A DNA stretch of 64,000 bases from an uncultured bacterium (GCA_964626905.1 CAZVHA010000008.1:7872-71871); one strand, 5' to 3'. Shown: positions 36,174 to 46,501, numbered from the stretch's first letter. Made by a program: numbers and translations. The notes: a model not told the origin generated them from the sequence alone.

Positions 36174-36908
36174 GCCAAAACTTGGCCCAAAAGATCCGGT
36201 CTCATCGGCCTCCTTCAGATCCACCTCTTCCCATTCGGCAAAAATGGGTCTGCGATCGGTCAGTTCCACCGCTTCTGGCGGCTCCTCTTCAACGGGCTCA
36301 AGGGATGCAAGGGCCGAAGCGAGGCCCAAAGGTGTTGCACCGTGCACGGTTGTCAGAAGGGAGATAGATTCGGGTGAAAGGGCGGCAAAAACCCACTCCC
36401 CAGCACGCCTTGTTTTCGCCGCTTTCGCAAGGAGATCACACAAAGTGGACAACGCTCCTTGCTCGGCAAAGTAGGTGGCGTGTGACTCAATCAATTTCCT
36501 CACATCTGTATAGCGCAAAACAACAAGCGATTTTTCCAACCTTTTATGGGAGGCGCGTAGACGCCCGCAAATTCCGTTTAGGTCTCCATTAGCCACAAGA
36601 ATGACTAGGTCTTTGATCGAGCGCAATTTTTTAAATAGGTCCAAATACAATTTGTCAACGTAGTAGCAAACACCGTCGTAGATGATCGTTTTGACGATTT
36701 GTTTGGGAATCGACGCGACTAAACGATCCCGCCCCTCACACAGGGAATCTTTAATGTCGGGATTGAGCGCGACGAAAGAGACGCAGCGCATCGCTTTTCG
36801 CGCAATCTGAGTCACCACCGCCCCTTCTGAAGCATTCTCAGGAGCCACAAGCTCCCAATCCTCAACGTCACCTTGGACGGCCGTCACTGTTGTTGTTATT
36901 GGATTCAT
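36147..36908 (-). CDS. Hypothetical protein with an acidic C-terminus
   Basis: ORF only. Convergent with the upstream gene and overlaps its 3' end by 27 nt. Confidence 0.45.
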   Translation of the reverse strand: MNPITTTVTAVQGDVEDWELVAPENASEGAVVTQIARKAMRCVSFVALNPDIKDSLCEGRDRLVASIPKQIVKTIIYDGVCYYVDKLYLDLFKKLRSIKDLVILVANGDLNGICGRLRASHKRLEKSLVVLRYTDVRKLIESHATYFAEQGALSTLCDLLAKAAKTRRAGEWVFAALSPESISLLTTVHGATPLGLASALASLEPVEEEPPEAVELTDRRPIFAEWEEVDLKEADETGSFGPSFGLEPLEEDP

Positions 36909-36929
36909 CAGGTGGGGGAGGATAGCACA

Positions 36930-38004
36930 TCAAGATTTTTTTTTAAATCCTTCCATCCACGGATGGGAGAGGATTTCCTCACACTTGGAAATTCGGAGTT
37001 CTAGGTTGCGAGCCATCAATTTTGCAATCAAATGAACGAGCATAGGAGAACGATTCGCTTTGGTATAGATAGAGAGCTTTTGGGTCAGAACATTTTGATA
37101 AATTTCGTACTTGTCCTTTCCGTCAAAAGGGGGCCTATTAAATGCAAGAAAATAAAGAGTAGCACCTAAACGACCAAAAATCCACTCTATGGTCATATGG
37201 GTTTAAAAGCACAAGTTCAGGAGCCGCATAGCGAAGCGTATTCCGGGGAGTATGCTTTCCTGAATATTCAATTTTCTTGGCAGCCTCAAAATCAGTTAAT
37301 CTCACAACGCCATCTTTGAAAAGAAGAACATTTTCAGGCTTAATATCTCGGTGGACGATCTCCTGTGCATGCAAATAGGCGACTGCACTCACAATCTGTT
37401 TGAAATAAGAATGAATTTCTTCTTCAGATAACGAAGGCCCCCGAGCAAGAGAAAACAGGTCACTTTCAGCAAGCTCCAAAAGGGTGTACACATAGTCATC
37501 CTTTTTAAAATAGGCATAGCACTTCACAATATTTGGATGACTGCACTTTTGGAATATCTCCACTTCTCTGTTAAGGTAAACGCTGTCTAACCTTTTCTTT
37601 TTAAGAACAAATTGTTTGTCACTTGCTTTGTGCACTACATGGCAGACGTAAGACTTTGGTGGATTCTCCCCTAGACAACGAATGATTTCATAACGCGATG
37701 GGTCCAAGTACTCTTCATACGGGCAGATCAATTCGGCTGCTGCTGGAGGCTTTTGCAGAAATAGATCCTCCTCATCGTTTTCAAAAGAAGAAATGGGCAC
37801 CCTAGGAGAACGAATGTCACGATCATGCAATGAGTCCCAATCATCTCTTTCAAAAAAAGAAATGGGTGGTATCCCAGGGGGATGGTAAGCAAGGGCTTTT
37901 AAGGCAACATTTTGGGTGGTACTATCAATGGATGAAATGAGCTCTTTTTCCAATTCCCCTTCGGGTTCTCGAGGAAAAAAGCAGGGACAAAGATACTCAA
38001 TCAT
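36930..38004 (-). pseudogene. Eukaryote-like (AGC-like) Ser/Thr kinase interrupted by a 1-nt frameshift
   Basis: ORF 37138..38004 carries HRDIKPENVLL, RLTDFEAAK, YAAPE and VDFWSF, then stops. ORF 36930..37196 continues in another frame with GATLYFLAFNRPPFDG...HPWMEG. The shift lies within gcacctaaacga (37163-37174). Confidence 0.75.
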
Positions 38005-38060
38005 AGAGGTCGGAAATTGTATTCACAACGACAAAACAAGTCAATTCAGTACTGATTTGG

Positions 38061-38255
38061 GGGTGTGTTGCATAACCCCCCATCCACGTTTTTGTGTAAT
38101 GAAGACAGCATCAACGATAAGAACGATGTAACGATATGAACGATAGTGCATTACAAAATATTTTTATCGTTTACATCGTTATATCGTTCCACCGTTTTTT
38201 TGGATAGTTGGGAGAAGGTCGTCTCTATGAGCAACAGGGGTTATGCAACACACCC
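38061..38255. mobile_element. MITE-like element with a family-A terminal-repeat core, copy 3 (195 bp): perfect 19-bp TIR and perfect 9-bp TSD, with a different interior
   Basis: gggtgtgttgcataacccc at 38061-38079 equals the reverse complement of 38237-38255. CTGATTTGG occurs at 38052-38060 and 38256-38264. The interior is rich in AACGAT/ATCGTT inverted repeats. Confidence 0.85.
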
Positions 38256-38363
38256 CTGATTTGGAGCTGCTGGGCTCTACTTGACGTCATTGACGTTATT
38301 TGATTTTTTAGGCACAATTTCTTCACAATTTAACGATTTCTTAACAACCAAGGGAGTTTTGAT

Positions 38364-38714
38364 ATGTCAGGCATAGTAATGGCAACTTTAAGGGACGGTT
38401 CTCAAGTTCCTGAGGCACTCGTAGTCGCAACAACGATGAACCTCACGGCTGCTGCCAAGGAAAGTTACGTTGCACTATTTGATTTGGCAGAAAAATGCAA
38501 AGATGCAAGCTACAAATTTTTTGTAAATCCATTTGGTGATTCCAAAGCCATTTTGAAATCACGGACACTTATTAATGAAGATGAAACAGTGGATGAAGAT
38601 GTGAGAAAGATCGTCTTGAATTCCATTGCAGGAAAAGGGCTATCTTTAAAGCTTGTGAACCCACTTCAAGGTAAAAAGGTAACTGTAGTGGAAAAAAAAA
38701 CGGACGACCAATAG
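38364..38714 (+). CDS. Hypothetical protein (116 aa)
   Basis: ORF only. Confidence 0.4.
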   Translation: MSGIVMATLRDGSQVPEALVVATTMNLTAAAKESYVALFDLAEKCKDASYKFFVNPFGDSKAILKSRTLINEDETVDEDVRKIVLNSIAGKGLSLKLVNPLQGKKVTVVEKKTDDQ

Positions 38715-38775
38715 ATTCCAAACTTTAGCTTATTTGCATACCCTTGATGCATATCGGGGTGTGCATGTGTAGTCA

Positions 38776-39084
38776 TTACGAGAATCTGTCGTTTGGAGGC
38801 CGAAAGCCCAATTCCTCGATCAATGTATCGGCTGCCTTTTGCACCTCCATGGTCACCTTGTGCCAGGGGTCATAGTTGTATTGAAATTCCACTTGCCCCA
38901 CAAAACGGAGCACTTGTCCTTGGATCGCCGTCTCCAGGTACATCGCCCGGACCATTAAATCCCCAATGAACTTTTCGGCCCGCTTCCGATCCCCAACATG
39001 CAGGTAATAAATGATTTGAACGATGTCATCCAACATTTCTAATTTAGATCGAATAGGAATTTCTGGCTTTTGGCTACTAATCAT
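38776..39084 (-). CDS. Hypothetical protein (102 aa)
   Basis: ORF only. Confidence 0.4.
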   Translation of the reverse strand: MISSQKPEIPIRSKLEMLDDIVQIIYYLHVGDRKRAEKFIGDLMVRAMYLETAIQGQVLRFVGQVEFQYNYDPWHKVTMEVQKAADTLIEELGFRPPNDRFS

Positions 39085-39140
39085 AATAAAACCGTCTATT
39101 TTTTATTATACTATTTATTGCTGAAATATACAATTGTCGG

Positions 39141-39170
39141 TTGACGTTGAAAGGGGAGGTAGAGTAAAAT
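39141..39170 (+). promoter_or_regulatory. Candidate sigma70-type promoter of the suf operon
   Basis: TTGACG (39141-39146), an 18-nt spacer, then TAAAAT (39165-39170). The sufB ATG is only 13 nt downstream and no clear RBS is visible. Confidence 0.3.
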
Positions 39171-39183
39171 CGCATCCATTCTT

Positions 39184-40596
39184 ATGACGGCAAAATACAA
39201 ATATGGGTTTGTCACCCCCATCGAGTCTGAGGTTTTTCCTAAGGGTTTAAGCGAGGAGACGATACATTCTATTTCCGAGCGCAAAAACGAGCCCGAGTTC
39301 ATGCTGAAATTTCGTTTGAGGGCCTTTCGAAAATGGCAGGAGATGGAAGAGCCCACTTGGCCGAACGTCAAATACCCCCCTATCAACTACCAAGAAATTT
39401 CTTATTACGCTGAGCCTAAGAGTAAACCGCGCTTGGAGAGCCTCGATCAGGTCGAGCCGGAAATTTTGCGCACTTTCGAAAGGCTTGGGATCCCCTTAGA
39501 GGAGCAAAAGCGGTTGACCAACGTGGCGGTGGACGTGGTCTTCGACTCAGTATCGCTCGGCACCACCTTCCACAAGCAGCTCGTTGAGGCTGGGGTCGTC
39601 CTTTGCTCTATTTCTGAGGCGATGCAAAAATACCCCGAGCTGATCGAAGAGTATTTGGGGAGCGTGGTCCCCATCGGGGACAATTTTTTTGCCGCCCTCA
39701 ACTCGGCCGTCTTTTCCGACGGCTCCTTTGTCTATGTGCCCAAAGGAGTTAAGTGCCCCATCGAACTTGCGACCTACTTTAGAATCAATGAAAAAGAGAC
39801 GGGGCAATTTGAAAGGACCCTCATCATCGCCGAGGAGGACTCGTCCGTCAGCTATCTCGAAGGGTGCACAGCCCCCGCCTATGACACAAATCAACTCCAT
39901 GCCGCTGTCGTAGAACTCGTTGCGAAAGAGCGCTCGCAAATCAAGTATTCGACTGTGCAGAATTGGTACGCGGGGGATCCGGTGACGGGGAAAGGGGGGA
40001 TTTACAATTTTGTGACAAAGCGGGGACTCGCTCTGGACGATGCGAAAATTTCCTGGACGCAGGTCGAAGTGGGCGCTGCCATTACTTGGAAATATCCGAG
40101 CTGTATTTTGAAGGGAGATCGGTCGGTGGGAGAGTTTTATTCTGTGGCCCTCACCAATGGGAAAATGCAGGCCGATACAGGGACCAAAATGATCCATATT
40201 GGCAAAGAAACCCGCTCGACGATTGTCTCGAAGGGGATTGCGGCAGACGAGTCGCACAACAGCTACCGCGGCCTCGTCAAAATCATTCCAAAGGCCAAAA
40301 ATGCGAGAAATTATACCCAGTGCGATTCAATGCTGGTCGGGAATCGGTGTTCAGCCAATACGTTCCCCTATATTGAAGTTGGGGGGAATAGCGCTCAGGT
40401 AGAGCATGAGGCGTCGACTTGCAAAATGAATGAGGAGCAAATTTTCTACCTGCAAAGCCGGGGAATTGCAAAAGAGGATGCGATCGACCTGATTGTGAAC
40501 GGGTTTTGCAAAGAGGTGATCCGCGAGCTCCCCTTGGAATTTGCCCAAGAAGCACAAAAATTATTGGCGTTGAAATTAGAAAATTCGGTGGGATGA
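39184..40596 (+). CDS. sufB: Fe-S cluster assembly protein SufB
   Basis: [20 protein letters not shown], and a C-terminal [15 protein letters not shown]. Confidence 0.95.
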   Translation: MTAKYKYGFVTPIESEVFPKGLSEETIHSISERKNEPEFMLKFRLRAFRKWQEMEEPTWPNVKYPPINYQEISYYAEPKSKPRLESLDQVEPEILRTFERLGIPLEEQKRLTNVAVDVVFDSVSLGTTFHKQLVEAGVVLCSISEAMQKYPELIEEYLGSVVPIGDNFFAALNSAVFSDGSFVYVPKGVKCPIELATYFRINEKETGQFERTLIIAEEDSSVSYLEGCTAPAYDTNQLHAAVVELVAKERSQIKYSTVQNWYAGDPVTGKGGIYNFVTKRGLALDDAKISWTQVEVGAAITWKYPSCILKGDRSVGEFYSVALTNGKMQADTGTKMIHIGKETRSTIVSKGIAADESHNSYRGLVKIIPKAKNARNYTQCDSMLVGNRCSANTFPYIEVGGNSAQVEHEASTCKMNEEQIFYLQSRGIAKEDAIDLIVNGFCKEVIRELPLEFAQEAQKLLALKLENSVG

Positions 40597-40597
40597 G

Positions 40598-41290
40598 ATG
40601 TTAGAAGTTAAAAATCTTTGTGCGGAAATTGAGGGAAACCAGATCTTGAGGGGGGTCAATCTCACCATCGAAAAGGGAGAGATCCATGCAATCATGGGGC
40701 CCAATGGCGCTGGCAAATCGACCCTCGCCAAAATCTTAGCAGGCCACCCTGCCTATGAAGTGACGAGTGGCGAGGTGTGGTTCAAGGGGCAAAATCTTTT
40801 CGACATGGGCCCTGAAGAGCGGGCCAAAGCGGGGCTGTTTATGAGCTTTCAATACCCGCTCGAAATTGCAGGCGTCACAAATCGGCAATTTTTGGAAGCT
40901 GCGATGAGAGCCCTTGGCAAAGAAGGGGATATTTTGGGCGAGATGAAAAAATTGCAGATGCGCGAGGAATTTTTGGAGCGCAATCTCAATGAGGGATTTT
41001 CCGGCGGAGAGAAAAAGCGCAATGAAATTTTGCAAATGGCTCTATTTCAACCCGATCTCGCCATCCTCGATGAGACCGACTCGGGGCTCGATATCGATGC
41101 GATCCGGATCGTTGCGAACGGGGTCAACTCCATGCAAAGAAAAGACAATGCCCTTCTCATCATCACCCACTATCAAAGGCTCCTCGAATACATTAAGCCC
41201 GATTTTGTCCACGTGCTCTCCTCTGGGAAGATCATTCAAACGGGAGGAGCAGAACTGGCCCTAACCCTCGAAGAGAAGGGCTATGCTTGA
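40598..41290 (+). CDS. sufC: Fe-S cluster assembly ATPase SufC
   Basis: GPNGAGKSTL (Walker A), FSGGEKKRNEILQ (signature), ILDETDSGLD (Walker B), ITHY. Confidence 0.95.
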   Translation: MLEVKNLCAEIEGNQILRGVNLTIEKGEIHAIMGPNGAGKSTLAKILAGHPAYEVTSGEVWFKGQNLFDMGPEERAKAGLFMSFQYPLEIAGVTNRQFLEAAMRALGKEGDILGEMKKLQMREEFLERNLNEGFSGGEKKRNEILQMALFQPDLAILDETDSGLDIDAIRIVANGVNSMQRKDNALLIITHYQRLLEYIKPDFVHVLSSGKIIQTGGAELALTLEEKGYA

Positions 41291-42404
41291 ACATTTTTGG
41301 GCCGATATTTTAGATCCCAAAGATCCCCTTGTCCAATATCGGAAAAAAGGGTGGGATCGCTTTGAAGAGATCGGCCTGCCAAAGCCAAAACAAGAGGCGT
41401 TTCAATACCTTTTGAAAAAACTCTCCTTCCCCAAGCCCGCTGAAAGGAAAGAGATTGAAAAGAATGCGCTAGAGGGCCTCGTTTTTGTCGACGGATTTTT
41501 TGAGGAAAAACTTTCTCGCGTAGAGAGCCCGATCATCTGCATCAGCCTCGAAGAGGCGCTCCGGAAATATAGCCTTTTTCTACAGAATCGGCTCAGCTCC
41601 TCTTTTGCAGCGGAAAAAGATCCCTTTGCCGCATTGAATAGCGCCCTCTTTGGACGGGGGGCATTTCTCTTTATCCCATCTAAATGTAAAGCGGCTTTAC
41701 ATTTGACCCAAATTTACACTGGCGATGAGATGGCAAATGGGCGTCTTCAGATCTATTTGGGGAAAGAGGCAAAGCTCACGTTGACGCAAGAATCAAGTGG
41801 GCAAAGCGGCTTTGCCAATTTGGGGATCGATATCGTGCTCGACAGCAATGCCCATTTGACCCTGATCGATCGGGCAGAGGGCGATTTTCAAGCGATTCGG
41901 GCCACAGTGAAGAAAGGGAGTGCGTTGAAAGGGGTATTTTTGGGCCATCACTTGCGGACATCGGTGCGGGTGGAGCTGATGGAAGAATTTGCCGAGACAA
42001 CTCTTTTGGGCCTTGCCCGTTTGGAAGGGGATCAAGAGCGCCATTTTCACACACAGGTGGAGCACAGAGCCCCTTCGACCCGTTCGCAGCAGCACTTTAA
42101 AAGCGTGCTCAAAGATAAAAGTCGCTTTTCGTTTGAAGGGAAAATTTTTGTCTCCTCTGAGGCGCAAAAAACAGAAGGGTATCAAAAAAATAGCAATCTC
42201 ATTTTGAGCGATGAAGCGCTCTCTTTCGCAAAACCGAATCTCGAGATTTTTGCCGACGATGTTAAAGCATCGCACGGCTCCACAACAGCCAGTCTCAGTG
42301 AGGAGGAACTTTTTTACCTTCGCTCTCGGGGAATTCCACGCAATATGGCCCAAGAGTTGCTCATCCAAGGATTTTGCAAGGAGATCACCGACCATGCGCC
42401 GTGA
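41283..42404 (+). CDS. sufD: Fe-S cluster assembly protein SufD, carrying palindrome copy 3 in-frame
   Basis: Position between sufC and sufS. C-terminal DVKASHGSTTASLSEEELFYLRSRGI is typical of SufB/D. Confidence 0.85.
   Translation: MLEHFWADILDPKDPLVQYRKKGWDRFEEIGLPKPKQEAFQYLLKKLSFPKPAERKEIEKNALEGLVFVDGFFEEKLSRVESPIICISLEEALRKYSLFLQNRLSSSFAAEKDPFAALNSALFGRGAFLFIPSKCKAALHLTQIYTGDEMANGRLQIYLGKEAKLTLTQESSGQSGFANLGIDIVLDSNAHLTLIDRAEGDFQAIRATVKKGSALKGVFLGHHLRTSVRVELMEEFAETTLLGLARLEGDQERHFHTQVEHRAPSTRSQQHFKSVLKDKSRFSFEGKIFVSSEAQKTEGYQKNSNLILSDEALSFAKPNLEIFADDVKASHGSTTASLSEEELFYLRSRGIPRNMAQELLIQGFCKEITDHAP
41682..41704. repeat. 23-bp palindrome, copy 3, inside sufD
   Basis: Exact 23-mer, read as KCKAALHL in the sufD frame (41682-41705). 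Confidence 0.95.
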
Positions 42405-43566
42405 ATTTCCCATCTTCAAAAAACATCCCGGTTTCATCTATCTCGACAGCGCTGCGACAGCGCAAAAGCCGAAATGTGTGATCGATGCCCTTGTGAAGTT
42501 CTACTCTCAAGATTACGCAACGGTTCATCGAGCCCTCTACAGCCATTCAATCAGAGCGAGTGAGCAGTACCATTTAACAAGAGTTGAAGCGGCCCATTTT
42601 TTAAATGCAGATCCCGATGAGATTGTCTTTACCCGCGGGACGACCGATGCGATCAATTTGGTCGCGCAAAGTTACGGCAGGACATTTTTAGAGCCGGGAG
42701 ATGAGATTCTCATCTCCGAAATGGAGCACCATTCCAACTTTGTTCCCTGGCAAATGCTCGCGAAAGAAAAATCGCTCTCTTTAAGGCTCATCCCGATGGA
42801 CGAAAGAGGGGTACTTCAATGGGAAGGGCAAATCACACCGAAGACTAAAATCGTCTCCCTTGCCCACGTTTCCAACGTGACGGGAACGATCAATCCGATC
42901 CGAGAAATTGCCGCCGCCGCCCACGCCGTTGGAGCGAAGATGGTCGTCGATGGAGCGCAAGCGGCACCTCATATGAGGATCGATGTCCGTTCGCTAGGCG
43001 CCGATTTTTACGCTTTTTCAGGACATAAATGTTATGGCCCAACGGGAGTTGGCATCCTCTTCGGCAAAAGGGAGCTGCTCTTCTCGATGCCTCCGGTTCA
43101 AGGAGGGGGGGATATGATCGCATGGGTAGAAGAAGAGGGGAGCGCCTATCAATCACCTCCGATGCGCTTTGAAGCGGGAACGCCGATCATCGGATCGGTC
43201 ATTGCCCTGCGCTCGGCGCTCCAATTTGTGCAAAAAAGTGCATATCATCTGGGCCCCCACCCACTCTTAGAATATGCGACCCAAGAACTCAAGGCTATAG
43301 CGGGGTTAAGAATCATTGGAACAGCTCCAGAAAAAGGGCCCATCATCACATTTCACATCGACGGCATTCACCCGCTCGATCTGGCCACATTTCTCGATCT
43401 CAAAAACATCGCCATTCGCTCGGGCCATCTTTGTGCGCAGCCACTTCTCAAAAAATTTGAGCTCGATGCAGCTGCCCGCGTCTCCTTCGGCATCTATAAC
43501 ACATTAGAAGAGATCGATTCCCTCGTCGAAGCTGTGAAAGAGGTTGTCGCCGTCGTGCACGCGTAG
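42394..43566 (+). CDS. sufS: Cysteine desulfurase SufS (class V aminotransferase, group II)
   Basis: IYLDSAATAQKP, the SGHKCYGPTG pyridoxal-Lys context, and RSGHLCAQP (catalytic Cys loop). ATG at 42394 overlaps the end of sufD. Confidence 0.9.
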   Translation: MRREFPIFKKHPGFIYLDSAATAQKPKCVIDALVKFYSQDYATVHRALYSHSIRASEQYHLTRVEAAHFLNADPDEIVFTRGTTDAINLVAQSYGRTFLEPGDEILISEMEHHSNFVPWQMLAKEKSLSLRLIPMDERGVLQWEGQITPKTKIVSLAHVSNVTGTINPIREIAAAAHAVGAKMVVDGAQAAPHMRIDVRSLGADFYAFSGHKCYGPTGVGILFGKRELLFSMPPVQGGGDMIAWVEEEGSAYQSPPMRFEAGTPIIGSVIALRSALQFVQKSAYHLGPHPLLEYATQELKAIAGLRIIGTAPEKGPIITFHIDGIHPLDLATFLDLKNIAIRSGHLCAQPLLKKFELDAAARVSFGIYNTLEEIDSLVEAVKEVVAVVHA

Positions 43567-43636
43567 TGCTCGATCAAGCTCAAAATGCGGAGTCGGACCG
43601 CGCCAAATGCGATAGCTACCACCTGTAAGACGCCCT

Positions 43637-44179
43637 CTAAAAGCCGTTTTGAGGCTCTTCCAAGAACAGGATAGAGCGAAGAGCTGCGATCACCCCCGCT
43701 TCGTCAAGGGCGTCGGTGTCGATCACTTGTGCTGGGATCGATCGGTAGATTGGATCCCTTTCTTGGATCATGTCGTGAAACGATTTTTCTGGATTTTTTG
43801 GATCTAAAAAAGAGGGGAGCTCGCCTGAGAGCATCTTTTTCTTCAATTTTTCAACCGATGTTTTGAGGTAGACAAGCGCGCCCATTTTCTGCAGATAAGC
43901 GACGTTTTCAGCTCTTAAAGGAGCGCCTCCTCCGAGAGCGATGATCGAATGGTCTATTCCCTTCAAGAGCAAAAGAGCTCGCGTTTCGAGATCGCGAAAG
44001 GGCTTTTCTCCCAGTTGCTCATGAATATGGCGCAAAGTCCCTTGATGTTTCGTCTCTTTTTTATAAAGTTCTAAGATAAGATCGTCCGTATCGATGAAGG
44101 GGCGATGGATTTCAGCCGCGAGCTTTTTCCCAAAATGGGTTTTTCCCGCCGCTTTGTAGCCGAAAAGGATCAAGTTCAC
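43637..44179 (-). CDS. aroK: Shikimate kinase
   Basis: LFGYKAAGKTHFGKKLA (P-loop), IDTDDLI, ALGGGAP. Confidence 0.85.
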   Translation of the reverse strand: MNLILFGYKAAGKTHFGKKLAAEIHRPFIDTDDLILELYKKETKHQGTLRHIHEQLGEKPFRDLETRALLLLKGIDHSIIALGGGAPLRAENVAYLQKMGALVYLKTSVEKLKKKMLSGELPSFLDPKNPEKSFHDMIQERDPIYRSIPAQVIDTDALDEAGVIAALRSILFLEEPQNGF

Positions 44180-45465
44180 ATGAGCTCCATTTTTGCGCCG
44201 AGTTTTGCCAAGTGCTCAAAGAAGTTGGGATAGCTTTTGTCGACACATTCCACCCCATGAATCACGCTTTCTCCTTGCGCGCCTAAAGCGGCGACGCTCA
44301 GTGCCATTGCAATGCGGTGATCGCAATGCGCGTCGAGCTCAGCTCCTTTGAGTTTAGAAGAGTGGACGATGAGTCCATCGGGTTTTTCCTCGATATGAGC
44401 CCCCATTTTTTTCAGCTCATTCGCAATGGCAAAGATCCGATCACTCTCCTTCTCTCTTGCAATTTTGCCGTTCACGATTTCTGTTTGTCCGCTCGCAAAA
44501 CAACCGATCACCGCCAAAATTGGCAAGGCGTCGATAAAATCGTCGACATCGAGGCGCACCCCTCTTAAAGGCCCCCCTGCTTTGATGTGCAAAGTGGTCC
44601 CTTCCCTCTCAAATTTTGCCCCCATCGATTCGAGTGTCGGCAAGATTGCTTTGTCTCCTTGAACATCATTGCAATTGAGTCCTTCGATGGCAAGAGCTGT
44701 GTTTGTGATCAAAGCGGCGGCAATCGGAAAAGCGGCAGAGCTAAAATCTCCCGGCACTGTGTATTCAAACGGCTCAATACGGGCCCCTCCTTTCATCGTG
44801 TAATGCTCAAAATTGTCCATTTCGTAGGGGATCTTCAGCCGATCTAACCAATCGAGCGTAAGCCGAATCCACGGTTTTTCTCCTGGGTTTATTACGGAAA
44901 ATGAAAAGGGAGTAAAAGCGCCCAACATGAGGAGTCCCGAAACAGGTTGCGAATCTCTTCCATCTAAAGTGGCCTTTCCCCCCTTCACAGGCCCCCGAAT
45001 AATGATAGGAGCAAAGCCGTCGCCCCGCGATGAGACGGCCCAAACGCCGAGCTCGGTTAAAGAAGAGAGCAAAGGGAGGACGGGGCGGTTATGCCGAATG
45101 GATAGATCCCCTGTCAGAACCGTGTAATTTTCACAAAGGGCGCAAAGAGCTCCAATAAAGCGGAGCACTTGTCCCGAATTGCCGCAATGAATGACATCTT
45201 CTGCCGGTTGTAATTTCCCTGCCACCCCCTCGACGATGAGCGCATTTTGCTCTGTCTCGATCACAGCTCCGAGATGCCGGATCGCCTGAACTGCGTGAAC
45301 CGTATCTGCAGAGGGGAGAGGATTGACAATTTTACTTTTTCCCTTTGCCATAAGGGCAAAAATAAGCGCCCGAATCGTGTGCGATTTAGAGGTCGGAATG
45401 GCCACTTTGCCGACAAGTTTGCCCGGCCACATTTTCAGTTTAGCCATGTCGATGCATCCATTCAA
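44176..45465 (-). CDS. aroA: 3-phosphoshikimate 1-carboxyvinyltransferase (EPSP synthase)
   Basis: PTSKSHTIRALIFA, LGNSGQVLRF-like (CGNSGQVLRF), DHRIAMALSVA. The true start is probably at 45447 or 45432. Confidence 0.9.
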   Translation of the reverse strand: MNGCIDMAKLKMWPGKLVGKVAIPTSKSHTIRALIFALMAKGKSKIVNPLPSADTVHAVQAIRHLGAVIETEQNALIVEGVAGKLQPAEDVIHCGNSGQVLRFIGALCALCENYTVLTGDLSIRHNRPVLPLLSSLTELGVWAVSSRGDGFAPIIIRGPVKGGKATLDGRDSQPVSGLLMLGAFTPFSFSVINPGEKPWIRLTLDWLDRLKIPYEMDNFEHYTMKGGARIEPFEYTVPGDFSSAAFPIAAALITNTALAIEGLNCNDVQGDKAILPTLESMGAKFEREGTTLHIKAGGPLRGVRLDVDDFIDALPILAVIGCFASGQTEIVNGKIAREKESDRIFAIANELKKMGAHIEEKPDGLIVHSSKLKGAELDAHCDHRIAMALSVAALGAQGESVIHGVECVDKSYPNFFEHLAKLGAKMELM

Positions 45466-46483
45466 TCATCTGATCGATTTTTTTTGGCTCTACTTCAGAA
45501 CAATATTCCCCATTAAAACTCAAAGGATGTCCAATTTGATCGATCATGACAAAGCGCACCAGGCCATCCTTCCCTTTTTTATCGTAAGACAAAGCCTCTT
45601 TGAATGCATGGGGATCTATTTTGTTGAACCGAAAGCCCATCTCTAAAAACGGGGTCACAATCAGATCCAAAGTCTCTTTCGGCAGATACCCCATCGCATA
45701 GCTCAAATAACTCTCCGCCATCAGTCCCAGCGCAACCGCCTCTCCATGAGGCATGTGGTAATTGGATAGCACCTCGAGTGCATGCCCCACCGTGTGTCCA
45801 AAATTGAGAATGCGCCTATACCCCTTTTTCTCTTCAAAATCGGCTTCGACAACCTTGCATTTTAAAGAGACCGATGCCTCAATGAGGGCCAAAAGATCGT
45901 TTTTCCAGTCCTTGGCTCTTTCCCAAATGAGCGGATCCCCAATGAGACCATATTTTAAGATTTCACTCATCCCATTTTTGAGCTCTTTTTCCGACAAAGT
46001 AGTTAAAAAACTGGGATCGATAAAGATTGCTCGAGGCAAATAAAAGCTCCCAATGAGATTTTTCCCGAAAGGCGTGTCAATTCCCGTCTTCCCCCCAATG
46101 GCCGCATCGACCATACCAAGCAGCGTTGTCGGAATTAAAACAAGAGGAACTCCCCTCATGTAAGTGGAGGCGCTAAAAGCGACGAGATCTGTGATCGTCC
46201 CGCCGCCAAGGGCGATCAAGAGGGTCTCTTTGCCACACTTTTTTTTTAATAGCTGATCCTCGAGGTTCATCAGGGCTTTGCGGCTTTTTTCATTGGGGAT
46301 GGCAATCATTTCAAAAGAGAGCTCTTTTTCGATTTTTTCCCCGTGGGTATCTGCAATTCTCTCATCTACAATGAGCACCCCCTTTTTAGAAAGCTTAAGA
46401 CAGACCTGATCTAGCTGATCCAACCCGAAATAGATTTCGCATAAAGAAGAAAAAGGGGGAGAAGTTAAAGTCAAAGGTTTCAT
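45440..46483 (-). CDS. aroB: 3-dehydroquinate synthase
   Basis: ALGGGTITDLVAFSASTYMRGV, GGKTGID, NFGHTVGHALE. Confidence 0.9.
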   Translation of the reverse strand: MKPLTLTSPPFSSLCEIYFGLDQLDQVCLKLSKKGVLIVDERIADTHGEKIEKELSFEMIAIPNEKSRKALMNLEDQLLKKKCGKETLLIALGGGTITDLVAFSASTYMRGVPLVLIPTTLLGMVDAAIGGKTGIDTPFGKNLIGSFYLPRAIFIDPSFLTTLSEKELKNGMSEILKYGLIGDPLIWERAKDWKNDLLALIEASVSLKCKVVEADFEEKKGYRRILNFGHTVGHALEVLSNYHMPHGEAVALGLMAESYLSYAMGYLPKETLDLIVTPFLEMGFRFNKIDPHAFKEALSYDKKGKDGLVRFVMIDQIGHPLSFNGEYCSEVEPKKIDQMIEWMHRHG

Positions 46484-46501
46484 AAAGAGCGGTGGCTTTT
46501 A

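Noticed and set aside
38730-38775. tatttgcataccc...ggggtgtgcatgtg resembles degraded family-A terminal repeats.
   Set aside because: The similarity is only partial, with no target duplication and poorly matching arms.
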